From the NCBI GenBank assembly GCA_041742135.1, contig JBGSJG010000005.1:5878-69877 (forward strand): a DNA stretch of 64,000 bases, written 5' to 3'. How positions within the stretch are numbered: position 1 is the first letter of the stretch; each line of letters starts with the position of its first letter. Below, in pieces: positions 9,483-18,938 of the stretch. The notes under the pieces were generated by a model, which had not been told where the DNA came from, did no database searches, and saw only the letters and a list, made by a program, of their open reading frames with translations. Made by a program: the position numbers and the translations under genes. This stretch comes from Patescibacteria group bacterium. GTDB taxonomy: Bacteria; Patescibacteriota; Microgenomatia; UBA8517.

Positions 9483-10109
9483 GTGTTTAAGCTACCTCCA
9501 CTCGCATATAAATATAACGCCCTTGAGCCATATATTGATGCTGCCACGATGGAGATTCACCACACCAAACACCATCAGGCTTATATTGATAAACTCAACG
9601 CCGCTTTAGAAAGCCACCCAGAACTTGAAGGAAAGACAATCGAGGCTCTTTTGGGTGACATTGGTAAAGTTCCAGAAGATATTCGGCAAGCTGTCATTAA
9701 TCACGGCGGTGGGCACGCAAACCATTCCTTTTTTTGGAATATTCTTATCCCAAATGCTCCACCTAAGCCTGAAGGCGCGCTTTTTGCGAGCATAGAAAGT
9801 ACCTTTGGAAGCTTTGATGAATTTAAAAAACAGTTTACCGATAAAGCGATGGGGGTATTTGGGAGCGGTTGGGCTTGGCTGATTTTGGACAAGGAGGGGA
9901 AGTTGGCATTAAAAAGGTATTCTTTCCAAAACAGTCCGCTTATGTATGGGGTTTCACCTATTCTTGGCCTAGATGTTTGGGAGCATGCATATTATCTGAA
10001 ATACCAAAATAGGCGGGCAGAGTACGTCGAAGCTTTCTGGCATATAATAAACTGGCATGAAGTTGAAAAAATTTACACCGTTTCTTCTGGGGGCAATTCT
10101 ACTTCTTAG
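9483..10109 (+). CDS. sodA: Fe/Mn superoxide dismutase
   Basis: EIHHTKHHQAY, GGGHANHSFFW, GSGWAWL and DVWEHAYY metal-ligand motifs. Confidence 0.9.
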   Translation: MFKLPPLAYKYNALEPYIDAATMEIHHTKHHQAYIDKLNAALESHPELEGKTIEALLGDIGKVPEDIRQAVINHGGGHANHSFFWNILIPNAPPKPEGALFASIESTFGSFDEFKKQFTDKAMGVFGSGWAWLILDKEGKLALKRYSFQNSPLMYGVSPILGLDVWEHAYYLKYQNRRAEYVEAFWHIINWHEVEKIYTVSSGGNSTS

Positions 10110-11295
10110 CCTTTTTCTAAGAACTTATAAGCTTTCTGAAAATTTACACTTTACAGGCGATGAAGGCCGCGACGCCTTGATTGCTTTAGATATCGCTAAC
10201 GGCAACAATTTGCCGATATTGGGACCTTCTATGAGTGTGGGGAGCTTGAGCCTTGGGCCACTTTATTATTATTTGATAGCTCCTTTTGCGCTCATTGATG
10301 CAAATAATCCAGTTTTTTTGGCGGTGCCTGTGATATTTTTCTCCGTTGCGACCAGTGCACTGCTATATTTTGTAACTCAAGCCTTAACAAAAAGTAGGAC
10401 GGCTGGTCTGATCGCTGCCTTGTTTTATGCAATTGCCCCTTGGAGCGTGGTTTATGGAAGGTTTTCTTGGAATCCAAACATTATGCCCTTTTTTAGTCTC
10501 TTGTATTTTTACTCACTGTGGAAAGCACTCTTTCAAAAGCGCAGTAAATGGTTTTTGTTGGCTGCTTTAAGTTTTGGAGTTATGGTGCAATCGCATTACG
10601 CGAGCCTTTTGGTGGTACCCTTAACACTTATTATTTTTTGGAGAAAACGCGTCTTTGTGGTTTCTAATATTAAGTATGTATTTATTGGATTATTAGTACT
10701 TGCCGCAATGCTCTCTCCTTTGATTTATTACGATCTCTCTCGCAATTTTAGGAACCTAAAAGGATTGATTGGTATTTTTTCAGGCACCTCGGGAGCTGGT
10801 TTCGAAGCTCATTACTTTGAGATGTTTTGGCCATTTATATTTATTCTTTTTGGCTATTTCGTTTCGATAATTGTGAAGGCCAAACGGAGTGTTGGACTTT
10901 TCTTAACTTTATTTCTCGCATTTTTTGCCCTTTACTCTACGACACTTGCTATAACTGGCAAACAAGAACCCAGTGTTTCTGGGATAAATCAAGTTATTGA
11001 CCTTGTGGAAGAGGAGTCGCAGGGGAAACGGTTTAACTTTGCTGTGCTTTCAGATGTTAATCGCGAGGATTCCTATAAATATTTTTTCAGGGAAAAGGGC
11101 TTGCCTGTATATTTTAGTACTGCAACTGAGCAGCTTTTTGTGGTTTGCGAAGGGGATATTAACTGCTCCGTGCATGGCCACCCCAAATATGAAATCGCAA
11201 TTTTTGATGTTTTGTACAACGGTCAAGTGGAAATCGCAGACGAGTGGAGAATTGAGAATTTCTACAAAGTTATGAAATTAGTTCCCAAAAAGTGA
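10057..11295 (+). CDS. GT-C fold glycosyltransferase, ArnT/PMT (GT39/GT83)-like membrane protein
   Basis: N-terminal TM helix followed by the first-loop DE motif (HFTGDEGRDALIALDI); about 10 TM helices. The start overlaps the sodA 3' end by 52 nt, so the start is uncertain. Confidence 0.5.
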   Translation: MKLKKFTPFLLGAILLLSLFLRTYKLSENLHFTGDEGRDALIALDIANGNNLPILGPSMSVGSLSLGPLYYYLIAPFALIDANNPVFLAVPVIFFSVATSALLYFVTQALTKSRTAGLIAALFYAIAPWSVVYGRFSWNPNIMPFFSLLYFYSLWKALFQKRSKWFLLAALSFGVMVQSHYASLLVVPLTLIIFWRKRVFVVSNIKYVFIGLLVLAAMLSPLIYYDLSRNFRNLKGLIGIFSGTSGAGFEAHYFEMFWPFIFILFGYFVSIIVKAKRSVGLFLTLFLAFFALYSTTLAITGKQEPSVSGINQVIDLVEEESQGKRFNFAVLSDVNREDSYKYFFREKGLPVYFSTATEQLFVVCEGDINCSVHGHPKYEIAIFDVLYNGQVEIADEWRIENFYKVMKLVPKK

Positions 11296-11646
11296 TTTGA
11301 CACTTGAGAGAATTTTTTTGGCATCGTCTTCTAAAGCCTTTCCAAAAGCTAGGCCAAGTGCTATGCCAATCGCAAAAGTCATTCCTTGAGTCAAAGCTGC
11401 GATTACCGTTTTGCCAATTCCCAGGTAATCTAAAATAACCAAGACAAGAACCACACGCCCGGCAACATCCACTAGCCCCGCGGCAATTGCTGTTGACTCC
11501 TTCTTTTTGATTAAAGAAAGTGCCAAGTCCAGCAGATACTTTCCGATATACCAAATGGCCAGCGCAATAATGAGCTTGGGAAGCAGCTCTGTGAGCCGAA
11601 CTATCACGCTCTCAAGAGCGATAATTACTACTTCTAGTCTTTCCAT
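11278..11646 (-). CDS. small membrane protein with tandem conserved-TM-helix repeats (MscS N-terminal-like)
   Basis: Two hydrophobic helices each followed by G-rich turns (IIALAIWYIGKYLLDLALSLI / LVLVILDYLGIGKTVIAAL). Confidence 0.4.
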   Translation of the reverse strand: MERLEVVIIALESVIVRLTELLPKLIIALAIWYIGKYLLDLALSLIKKKESTAIAAGLVDVAGRVVLVLVILDYLGIGKTVIAALTQGMTFAIGIALGLAFGKALEDDAKKILSSVKSLFGN

Positions 11647-11663
11647 ATATAATTCACTATATC

Positions 11664-12317
11664 ATGAAAGAATTGCTTCTCGTGAATAAGCCAAAAGGGA
11701 TGAGCTCTCACGATGTTGTCGCATATGCCCGCAGAGTAACTGGTATTAAAAAAATTGGGCACGGTGGCACACTTGATCCGAATGCTACGGGATTATTGAT
11801 TCTAGGAATTGGCCGCGAAGGCACGAAACAATTGGGAACAATATCTAAGGGCCTCGACAAAACTTACGAAGCCGAGATTGTTTTAGGTTTTACTTCAACC
11901 ACAGATGACCCTGAAGGTGAGCTTACACATATTAGCGACGAAAGACCGTCTATCACGCAAATTGAGTTAGTTTTGGGCAAATTTACAGGAGAACTCACTC
12001 AGACCCCGCCGATATATTCTGCCATCAAAGTTGATGGTAAAAAGGCTTATAATGAGGCCAGAAAAGGTAGGAGTATTATTTTGCCCGCTAGATCAGTAAC
12101 AATTCACGAGCTAAAACTGGTAAAATATGATTACCCCGATCTTAATATTATTTGTAAAGTCTCAAGCGGTACTTACATCCGGGCTTTGGCGCGAGACATT
12201 GGCGAGGCGCTTGGAGTGGGCGGCTACCTCGCGAATCTTAGAAGAACAAGAATCGGGGATTATAATCTTGACGATGCGATTGAATTAGCAGAAATTGAGA
12301 AATTATGGAAATTGTAA
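11664..12317 (+). CDS. truB: tRNA pseudouridine(55) synthase
   Basis: LLVNKPKGMSSHDVV, GHGGTLDPNATGLL (catalytic Asp), PPIYSAIKVDGKKAYN. Confidence 0.9.
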   Translation: MKELLLVNKPKGMSSHDVVAYARRVTGIKKIGHGGTLDPNATGLLILGIGREGTKQLGTISKGLDKTYEAEIVLGFTSTTDDPEGELTHISDERPSITQIELVLGKFTGELTQTPPIYSAIKVDGKKAYNEARKGRSIILPARSVTIHELKLVKYDYPDLNIICKVSSGTYIRALARDIGEALGVGGYLANLRRTRIGDYNLDDAIELAEIEKLWKL

Positions 12318-13042
12318 ATGCAATAATACTAGGAGTTGTTCAAGGGCTTACAGAGTTTTTGCCAATAAGTTCCTCCGGACATTTGGTGTTAGCCACGAAA
12401 TTCTTAAATTTTGAGCAACCCGGAGTGCTTTTCGAATCAATTCTTCACATAGGTACGACATTGGCTGTGGTTTGGTATTTGCGAAGGCGAATCTTAAATA
12501 TAAAATTTGACGAGTTAAAACTAATCGTAGTTGCAACCATACCAGCGGCTTTAGCTGGAATTTTGTTCCGTGAGCAGTTTGAGTCAATGTTTTCTTTGTC
12601 CAAGCTTTTAGGTGTGACATTTTTGATTTCAGCTTGGATGAACTTTCGTACAGACAAATATCATGGCAAGCGTGAGAATCTGGATTTTTTTGATGCACTT
12701 GTTATTGGCCTGTTTCAGGCATTTGCAATTATTCCCGCCATATCGCGTTCTGGCGCGACAATTTTTGCTGGCAGTAAGCTAAATATCGACAAGAAAAAAG
12801 CAGCAGAGTTTTCCTTTTTAATTTCTGTTCCGGCAATTGTGGGTGCCAACATTGTCGAATTTGTAAGCCACAGCGCTCGTCTGGACTTTTCTTTCGCGCT
12901 TGCCTTCGCAGGAGTTGTTTCAGCCTTTGTTTCAGGTATTATCGCAATACATTTTTTGCTTAAACTTTTAACTGAAAATAAATTCCGAATATTCGGTTTT
13001 TATCTACTAGCGCTCGGAGCAATTACGCTAATATTTCTATAA
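12305..13042 (+). CDS. uppP: undecaprenyl-diphosphate phosphatase
   Basis: GLTEFLPISSSGHL and RSGATI BacA/UppP signatures; 7-8 TM helices. Confidence 0.9.
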   Translation: MEIVNAIILGVVQGLTEFLPISSSGHLVLATKFLNFEQPGVLFESILHIGTTLAVVWYLRRRILNIKFDELKLIVVATIPAALAGILFREQFESMFSLSKLLGVTFLISAWMNFRTDKYHGKRENLDFFDALVIGLFQAFAIIPAISRSGATIFAGSKLNIDKKKAAEFSFLISVPAIVGANIVEFVSHSARLDFSFALAFAGVVSAFVSGIIAIHFLLKLLTENKFRIFGFYLLALGAITLIFL

Positions 13043-13391
13043 TCTTTGGTACAAAAAGAAGCGTGCCTACAATTATTGACAAAACGGCGGCGCACAAAAC
13101 TGCCGCAGCCGATACATCCTTTGCAACTTTAGCTTTGGCTTGGATATTTGGGCTCACCATGTCTACAAGGTTTTCAAGCCCTGTGTTAAATAGCTCCAAA
13201 ATAATGACAAAGAAAATTACAAAAAACAGCAAAGTCCACTCAGAAAGATTCAAGCCAAGTACGGCTCCACTTAAAAGCGCCAAGATTCCCATAAAAAAAT
13301 GAGTCTGCATATTGGGCTCATTTTTTAAAGCCGTTTTCAAGCCTTCGATTGCATAGCCGAAACTTTTCTTGGTTGAGTGGAACCTGCTCAT
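13023..13391 (-). CDS. dgkA: diacylglycerol kinase / undecaprenol kinase family
   Basis: 122 aa with three TM helices; ELFNTGLENLVD conserved DgkA motif. Confidence 0.8.
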   Translation of the reverse strand: MSRFHSTKKSFGYAIEGLKTALKNEPNMQTHFFMGILALLSGAVLGLNLSEWTLLFFVIFFVIILELFNTGLENLVDMVSPNIQAKAKVAKDVSAAAVLCAAVLSIIVGTLLFVPKIIEILA

Positions 13392-13407
13392 TGCCTAAGT
13401 ATAACAA

Positions 13408-14124
13408 ATGACAAGGGGCGTAAGTTTTGGTAATATGTTTGTAATGGGCGGCACAAAGCTTAAAGTTTTTTTGTTGTCTATTCCACTTTTGGTTCTCTTT
13501 AGTGCTGGTGTGCTTTTTAGAAGTACCGATCGTGCAACAGCTCCGAAAGTGAATGGTTGCTATAGTGATAATCTTTCAGGGATCTTTACTTCTGATTTAG
13601 CCGCAGTTTATGAGGGCAACTCGGTTGCAGTCCCCTCGGAAGCACTAGCTTACACAGGAAACAGCCAAGTATTGGGCGAAGCAAGCCCATCAGACCGCTG
13701 GATAGAGGTCGATTTGTCAGAGCAAACTCTTCGCGCTTGGGACGGAAGCCAGCTCTTTTTGGAAACCAAGATTTCTTCTGGTCTTCCGGGAACACCAACC
13801 CCAAAAGGCGATTTTCGTGTTTGGGTGAAGCTTCGTGCAACCAAAATGGAAGGTGGGCAAGGAAGGTATTATTACTATTTGCCCAACGTCCCATACGTTA
13901 TGTATTTTGAAAACGAAAGCGTTCCTGGCTGGCGTGGTTACGGCATTCATGGAACGTATTGGCATAATGATTTTGGCACTCCTCATAGTCATGGTTGTGT
14001 AAATGTTCCTACTTCAGTAGCTGAACAGCTTTATTATTGGGCAACCCCATCACTTCCCAGTGGCAAGACATCTGTTTTTGCTGGGCCAGATAACCCTGGA
14101 ATTAAAGTGACCATACATGATTGA
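13408..14124 (+). CDS. L,D-transpeptidase (YkuD domain)
   Basis: IEVDLSEQTLRAWDG..., catalytic YGIHGT and SHGCVN (His/Cys) motifs; N-terminal signal anchor. Confidence 0.85.
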   Translation: MTRGVSFGNMFVMGGTKLKVFLLSIPLLVLFSAGVLFRSTDRATAPKVNGCYSDNLSGIFTSDLAAVYEGNSVAVPSEALAYTGNSQVLGEASPSDRWIEVDLSEQTLRAWDGSQLFLETKISSGLPGTPTPKGDFRVWVKLRATKMEGGQGRYYYYLPNVPYVMYFENESVPGWRGYGIHGTYWHNDFGTPHSHGCVNVPTSVAEQLYYWATPSLPSGKTSVFAGPDNPGIKVTIHD

Positions 14125-14584
14125 CACCCCTTTTTTGGTATTTCTCAACACTCACGGAGTTTTACTTTTGGTAGTCTTCATTTTTATATACGAGTTTTTT
14201 CTTATTAAGAAGAAGGAAGTTGCGCTACACATGCTCGTGTCTGTGTTTTTTGCTTTTCTTTTTTCGTTGGTCCTCAAAGAGTTGTTTTTAATTCCGCGCC
14301 CATATTTGGCAACGGGCGAAGCCGCACTTGCCGGTTTAACTTACTATTCTAGCCTCCCATCAATTCATGCCGCCATATCTTTCGCACTTGCCACTACAGT
14401 AACGCTTCATCAGCGCCTTTTGGGAGTTATGCTTTTTACTGTGGCTGCCCTAATTAGCTTGGGTCGTGTGATGGCCAATGTTCATTATCCTGCTGACATC
14501 GCCATTGGCATGCTAATTGGGGTTTTAACAGGTGTTATTTTTAACCAAATCCACGTAAAATTAGCGAAGAAAGCGAAGGGTTGA
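14117..14584 (+). CDS. PAP2-family lipid phosphatase
   Basis: The three PAP2 motifs KELFLIPRP, PSIH, GRVMANVHYPADI. Confidence 0.8.
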   Translation: MIDTPFLVFLNTHGVLLLVVFIFIYEFFLIKKKEVALHMLVSVFFAFLFSLVLKELFLIPRPYLATGEAALAGLTYYSSLPSIHAAISFALATTVTLHQRLLGVMLFTVAALISLGRVMANVHYPADIAIGMLIGVLTGVIFNQIHVKLAKKAKG

Positions 14585-14625
14585 CATCTAGCACTCTGGA
14601 TGATACTCTGCTAGGACGATATAAA

Positions 14626-17049
14626 ATGGACGAGGCAAAACTAACCAGAACAGTACCAATTGTTGCCATTCGCGGCTCGGTAATTTTTCCCCACACAGAC
14701 TCTATTCTTTCCTTTGGAAGGCCTAAGTCCGTGGCGTCTGTTAATGCTGCATACCAAGGCGACCGGGTTGTTGCTGTTTTTGCCCAAACCAGCGATAAAA
14801 TTGCAGATCCGGGAGCAGATGAACTTGTAAAAGTTGGGACGATTGCCACAATCACCCAAATGATGACTACTGAGGGTGAAATTCATGCCATGGTCAGAGG
14901 GCAGAGCCGAGTGCGTCTCGAAGAAATTATTTCTGAGGAGCCATATTTAGTTGGGAAAGTTACAGAAATTGAAGAAGAAGATTTTGAAGGTGAAGAAGTC
15001 AAAGCTTTGTCTTCTAAGCTATCCGAGCTTTTCAAAAAAGCCATAAATTTGGGCAAAGGTGTTGAAATAACCACCATCATGAGGGTTATGTCTCAGCAGA
15101 CTGACCCCATCGAGCTTGTCGATTCCGCGGCTTCACTTCTGGATCTAAAGACCAAAGAAAAACAAAAGATTTTGGAAATTTTATCTGTTCGAGACCGGCT
15201 CGTTAAAGTCATTGATTACCTCTCGCAGGAAATAAATGTTTTGGACTTGGAGCGCACGATTTCAGTTAAAACACAAAGGCGTTTTGAGGATCAGATGCGG
15301 CGCGCAATGCTTCGCGAGAAAAAGCGAACTATTGAGGAGGAGCTGGGAGAAGAAGGGCCAGAGGAGCCAGATGATGACTTGGGAGAGCTAAAAGAAAAGA
15401 TCTTAAAAGCTGGTATGCCCAAAACGGTTTTGCAAAAAGCTAAAAAAGAGCTTAAGAGATTGAAAGGCATGTCGCCTCATAACCCTGAAGGCGGATATAT
15501 TCGAAATTATCTAGAATGGCTTTCTGAAATGCCGTGGTCCAAAACTTCAGATTCTAAAGTTTCAGTTAAAAACGCCGAGAAAGTTTTAGATCAAGATCAT
15601 TATGGACTTGGAAAGGCAAAAGAGAGAATTTTGGAATATTTATCGGTTTTGACTTTAAAAGAAAAAGAACAATTACGCACCAAAAAAGTTAAAGATAATC
15701 AATCGCACCCAACAATTTTGTGTTTCGTAGGGCCTCCCGGTGTGGGTAAAACTTCCATAGGCAGATCCATCGCTAAATCAATGGGGCGGAAGTTCGCGAG
15801 AGTCTCTTTGGGAGGCATCCGAGACGAAGCAGAGCTTCGAGGCCACAGGCGTACTTATGTCGGCGCTCTTCCCGGCCGCATCATTCAAGGAATTCATGAT
15901 GCAGGAACTAGAAATCCAGTATTCATGCTAGATGAAGTAGATAAGCTTGGGGCTGATTATCGAGGAGACCCAGCCTCGGCTTTGCTTGAAATACTCGATC
16001 CAGAGCAAAACAAAGAATTCTCAGATCATTACCTCGAGGTTCCGTTCGATCTTTCTGAGGTCATGTTTATTTGTACCGCTAACGTTTTGGATTCCATTCC
16101 ACTTCCGCTTCGCGATCGTATGGAAATTATCCGATTTGCGGGCTACATTGATGATGAAAAGTTTAATATTGCTAAAAAATATCTATGGCCCAAGCAGGTT
16201 AAGGTCAACGGTCTTGAGGAAAAAGGAGTTTCTATTAGCGACGGGGGAATCCGCGAAGTTGTTAAGCACTATACCCGTGAAGCTGGGGTTCGTGAACTCG
16301 AGCGCACCCTTGCAACCATAAATCGAAAAGTAGCGCGTATGGTTGCTGAGGGCAAGAAATACCCGAAATCGGTAGGCATTTCTGATGTCCATAAGCTTTT
16401 GGGGCCCGAAAGATTCCGCTCGCAAATAGCCGAAAAGAAAGATGAGGTTGGCATGTCTACAGGGCTTGCTGTCACCTCCGCTGGTGGAGAGATTTTGTTT
16501 ATTGAAGTTGCACTAATGCCGGGGCAGGGAAAACTCATGCTTACGGGGCAGCTGGGGAGTGTTATGAAGGAATCTGCTAAAGCTGCATTCACTTGGACTA
16601 AGGCGCATTGGATGAATTTAGGGCTTCGAGAAAATTTTGGCAGTAAAATTGATGTGCATATTCATGTTCCGGAAGGCGCGACCCCGAAAGACGGTCCCTC
16701 GGCTGGTGTGGCGATTTCTACAGCACTTGTATCAGCTTTGTCAGGAGTTGCAACAAAACGCGATGTTGGTATGACTGGGGAGGTTACACTGCGCGGAAGA
16801 GTGCTCGAAATCGGAGGAGTGAAAGAAAAAGTTGTTGCGGGACATCGGGCGGGGCTTAAAACAATAATCTTGCCACGAGACAATAAAAAAGACATGGAAG
16901 ACATCCCAGCAAATGTGAAGCGAGATATCAAATTTGTCTTTGCAGACAGGCTCGACGAAGTGTTGTCTGTGGCCCTTGCCAAGTGGCCAATAGTTGAGAA
17001 ATCGCAAATCCCTGTCTCTACCCGGCCTTCATACATTGCTGCAGCCTAG
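14626..17049 (+). CDS. lon: ATP-dependent Lon protease (LonA)
   Basis: N-terminal LON domain, Walker A GPPGVGKTS, and the protease catalytic dyad context PKDGPSAGVAI ... K. ATG at 14626 preferred over the TTG at 14581 given in the ORF track. Confidence 0.93.
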   Translation: MDEAKLTRTVPIVAIRGSVIFPHTDSILSFGRPKSVASVNAAYQGDRVVAVFAQTSDKIADPGADELVKVGTIATITQMMTTEGEIHAMVRGQSRVRLEEIISEEPYLVGKVTEIEEEDFEGEEVKALSSKLSELFKKAINLGKGVEITTIMRVMSQQTDPIELVDSAASLLDLKTKEKQKILEILSVRDRLVKVIDYLSQEINVLDLERTISVKTQRRFEDQMRRAMLREKKRTIEEELGEEGPEEPDDDLGELKEKILKAGMPKTVLQKAKKELKRLKGMSPHNPEGGYIRNYLEWLSEMPWSKTSDSKVSVKNAEKVLDQDHYGLGKAKERILEYLSVLTLKEKEQLRTKKVKDNQSHPTILCFVGPPGVGKTSIGRSIAKSMGRKFARVSLGGIRDEAELRGHRRTYVGALPGRIIQGIHDAGTRNPVFMLDEVDKLGADYRGDPASALLEILDPEQNKEFSDHYLEVPFDLSEVMFICTANVLDSIPLPLRDRMEIIRFAGYIDDEKFNIAKKYLWPKQVKVNGLEEKGVSISDGGIREVVKHYTREAGVRELERTLATINRKVARMVAEGKKYPKSVGISDVHKLLGPERFRSQIAEKKDEVGMSTGLAVTSAGGEILFIEVALMPGQGKLMLTGQLGSVMKESAKAAFTWTKAHWMNLGLRENFGSKIDVHIHVPEGATPKDGPSAGVAISTALVSALSGVATKRDVGMTGEVTLRGRVLEIGGVKEKVVAGHRAGLKTIILPRDNKKDMEDIPANVKRDIKFVFADRLDEVLSVALAKWPIVEKSQIPVSTRPSYIAAA

Positions 17050-17071
17050 TTTGGTATAATACGCAAGATAC

Positions 17072-17144
17072 GGCCCCATCGTCTAGAGGCCTAGGACGGT
17101 AGGTTCTCATCCTACAAACCTGGATTCGAATTCCAGTGGGGTCA
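17072..17144 (+). tRNA. tRNA-Glu (anticodon CUC)
   Basis: Hand-folded cloverleaf. Acceptor GGCCCCA/TGGGGTC with one G-U pair; D-arm TCGTCTAGAGGCCTAGGAC typical of tRNA-Glu; anticodon stem GTAGG/CCTAC with loop TTCTCAT; T-arm CTGGA-TTCGAAT-TCCAG; discriminator A. No CCA encoded. Confidence 0.8.
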
Positions 17145-17203
17145 CTCGCTTCGCTCACTTCCCGCACTGTCATCGATAGTGCACGGGATTTAATTTTGCA
17201 CGG

Positions 17204-17222
17204 CGAATTCCAGTGGGGTCAC
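17204..17222 (+). repeat. 19-nt perfect direct repeat of the tRNA-Glu 3' end (CGAATTCCAGTGGGGTCAC), attB/attR-like tRNA fragment
   Basis: Identical to 17127-17145 (T-loop 3' half + T-stem + acceptor 3' strand + discriminator). Separated from it by 58 nt and followed by a T8 run. Confidence 0.6.
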
Positions 17223-17479
17223 ACTTTTTTTTCTGTAAAAAATTGTTGCAATTCAGGGAATCGCGATATGCAATTTAGGCAAGCTTCGGGAATGGCTGCC
17301 TCACCAGCTACAATGGCTGAAAGCGCAACACAAAAAACTTGATCGTAGCTGCAACCTCCCGAGCATAAAGCTATGTTTCCTTGGAATTCTTCAGAAGGAG
17401 TGTCGTGTTGACGGCCTGAATCCTTAAAGCTATTTAACATAATCTCGAGATAATCGGCAGATCGTTCGATTGCAGCCAT
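17219..17479 (-). CDS. hypothetical small Cys-containing protein (86 aa)
   Basis: ORF only. Its stop overlaps the tRNA 3' repeat. CSGGCSYDQVFC and CLNC motifs, no family recognised. Higher GC than neighbouring genes. Confidence 0.3.
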   Translation of the reverse strand: MAAIERSADYLEIMLNSFKDSGRQHDTPSEEFQGNIALCSGGCSYDQVFCVALSAIVAGEAAIPEACLNCISRFPELQQFFTEKKV

Positions 17480-17525
17480 CTTCTTAACTAACCATTATTT
17501 CAAAAACCTCATCCTATAACAAGAA

Positions 17526-17555
17526 TTGATCTGGCCACGGGAAGTTTGTATAAAT
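17526..17555 (+). promoter_or_regulatory. sigma70-like promoter (TTGATC-17-TATAAAT) for the downstream PRTase-like gene; near-leaderless
   Basis: -35 at 17526-17531, -10 at 17549-17555, ATG at 17573 with no SD. Confidence 0.4.
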
Positions 17556-17572
17556 AATTTTGTGTCAAATTT

Positions 17573-18202
17573 ATGTCTAGAGTAGACAGAACAGTTGAGC
17601 TTGGGCTTGCAAATGTCCCTTTTGTTGCATTTCCCGAGACTCCACGAACTATTTTGATAGCAAATCATCCGGTTCATGCTTACATCCCGCCTGAAGATAT
17701 GGATAAGTTTCTTATATCCATGTTTGAGTCCACAGTAGTTCCAGACGATGCGCAAATTTTAGTAAACATGAATGGCGGCAGGAATATTTTTGACAGATAT
17801 AGAGATTACCGTCAAAAACGAGGCCGCCCAATTGATCCGAATAATGTTCATAAAATAGAATTTCATCGTGGCCCAGGAAACAGTGTGGTTGTCGTCCGAG
17901 GTGTTCCAGAGTCAATTCAAGGCGGGAATGTTTTGTCTCTAGACGATATAAACGATCGCGGCCAGACTGGGCTCGCGGTTTACAAGGAGTGTGCCAGACG
18001 CGGAGCTTCTGTTCAGACAATGATGGCCATTTACAAAGAGGGTATTGAAGGTAGAGTAAATATCCCAAACGCCAGACATGCTGTGTGTGTAGATAACAGA
18101 TGGCTGGGTGGAACAGGCATGAATTTTGGCACGAAGGATGTGACACCAGAAATAGACGCCCAGATTCGGGATTATGGTGGAGTGGTGGCAAAAATCGACT
18201 AA
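17573..18202 (+). CDS. divergent type I phosphoribosyltransferase-fold protein
   Basis: PRPP-binding-like motif GGNVLSLDDINDRGQTG (compare HGPRT VLIVEDIIDSGNT) preceded by a G-rich flexible loop. The rest has no match I can assign. Confidence 0.45.
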   Translation: MSRVDRTVELGLANVPFVAFPETPRTILIANHPVHAYIPPEDMDKFLISMFESTVVPDDAQILVNMNGGRNIFDRYRDYRQKRGRPIDPNNVHKIEFHRGPGNSVVVVRGVPESIQGGNVLSLDDINDRGQTGLAVYKECARRGASVQTMMAIYKEGIEGRVNIPNARHAVCVDNRWLGGTGMNFGTKDVTPEIDAQIRDYGGVVAKID

Positions 18203-18208
18203 AAAACA

Positions 18209-18237
18209 TTGACAAAACATCTCATTAAAGGTAGAAT
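18209..18237 (+). promoter_or_regulatory. candidate sigma70 promoter TTGACA-17-TAGAAT upstream of greA
   Basis: Consensus -35 with 17-nt spacer; about 155 nt upstream of the greA ATG. Confidence 0.35.
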
Positions 18238-18391
18238 ACCTACGTATTAAGTTACTTCGATTACATAAATGAAACAAGTAAACCCCTCATCTATTTTTGC
18301 AAGGATTTGCAAGAAGTTCTAAAAGAGTAGCTAAATACTACTTTTTTGAAATAAATAGACAGAGGGAATTTTTTTTGAAGTAAAAAATATT

Positions 18392-18877
18392 ATGGATACA
18401 AATAAATCAGTACAAGTTACAGAAAAAGGCCTAGGAGCCTTGAAAATTGAGCTTGACGAACTTTCGACCGTTAAACGGCCGAAACTAGTCGAGAGGCTGG
18501 AGCGTGCTCGCCAGGAAGGTGATTTGAGCGAAAACAGCGATTATATTAATGCACGCGAAGAGCTTGAGTTTTTGGATGGGCGCATTGATGAGCTTAAAAA
18601 TGTAGTTGAAAATGCCGAGGTTGTAGCCAATGGCTCTCAGAGCAACGGCCAGGTTGGCATTGGAACAACTGTGGTCGTGCAAGTTAATGGCGGTAAACAC
18701 GAGTTTAAAATTGTCGGTGAATGGGAAGCAGACCCGGGACAGAAGAAAATTTCTCATGAATCTCCTTTGGGCAAACAATTGGTCGGTAAAAAAGTCGGCG
18801 AGGTGGCCGAAGTGGAAGCACCAGCCGGAAAAATTGTATATAAAATAGTTGAAATTAAGAAGGACAGCTCCGAATAA
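18392..18877 (+). CDS. greA: transcription elongation factor GreA
   Basis: N-terminal coiled coil with the acidic tip (DLSENSDY) and a C-terminal FKBP-like domain. Confidence 0.9.
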   Translation: MDTNKSVQVTEKGLGALKIELDELSTVKRPKLVERLERARQEGDLSENSDYINAREELEFLDGRIDELKNVVENAEVVANGSQSNGQVGIGTTVVVQVNGGKHEFKIVGEWEADPGQKKISHESPLGKQLVGKKVGEVAEVEAPAGKIVYKIVEIKKDSSE

Positions 18878-18902
18878 GGGGTTGTTTTTCGTGCACGAAT
18901 AA

Positions 18903-18925
18903 CCCCGACAAGTTCGGGGTTTTTT
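18903..18925 (+). terminator. rho-independent terminator after greA
   Basis: CCCCGA-CAAGT-TCGGGG hairpin followed by TTTTTT. An extended GGGGTT...AACCCC outer stem is possible. Confidence 0.7.
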
Positions 18926-18938
18926 AATGGAATAAAAT

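Noticed and set aside
10057-10109. Possible frameshift joining sodA to the downstream GT-C gene (52-nt overlap)
   Set aside because: The SOD is full length with all metal ligands, and the GT-C N-terminal TM helix is intact. More likely a genuine overlap or a slightly mis-set GT-C start (an in-frame TTG is available) than a fusion.
16183-17036. Minus-strand ORFs antisense to lon
   Set aside because: Shadow ORFs; lon motifs are unambiguous on the plus strand.
17136-17342. 68-aa plus-strand ORF overlapping the tRNA-Glu 3' end and repeat
   Set aside because: It starts inside the tRNA, has no RBS or promoter, and overlaps the minus-strand 86-aa ORF. Most likely noise.
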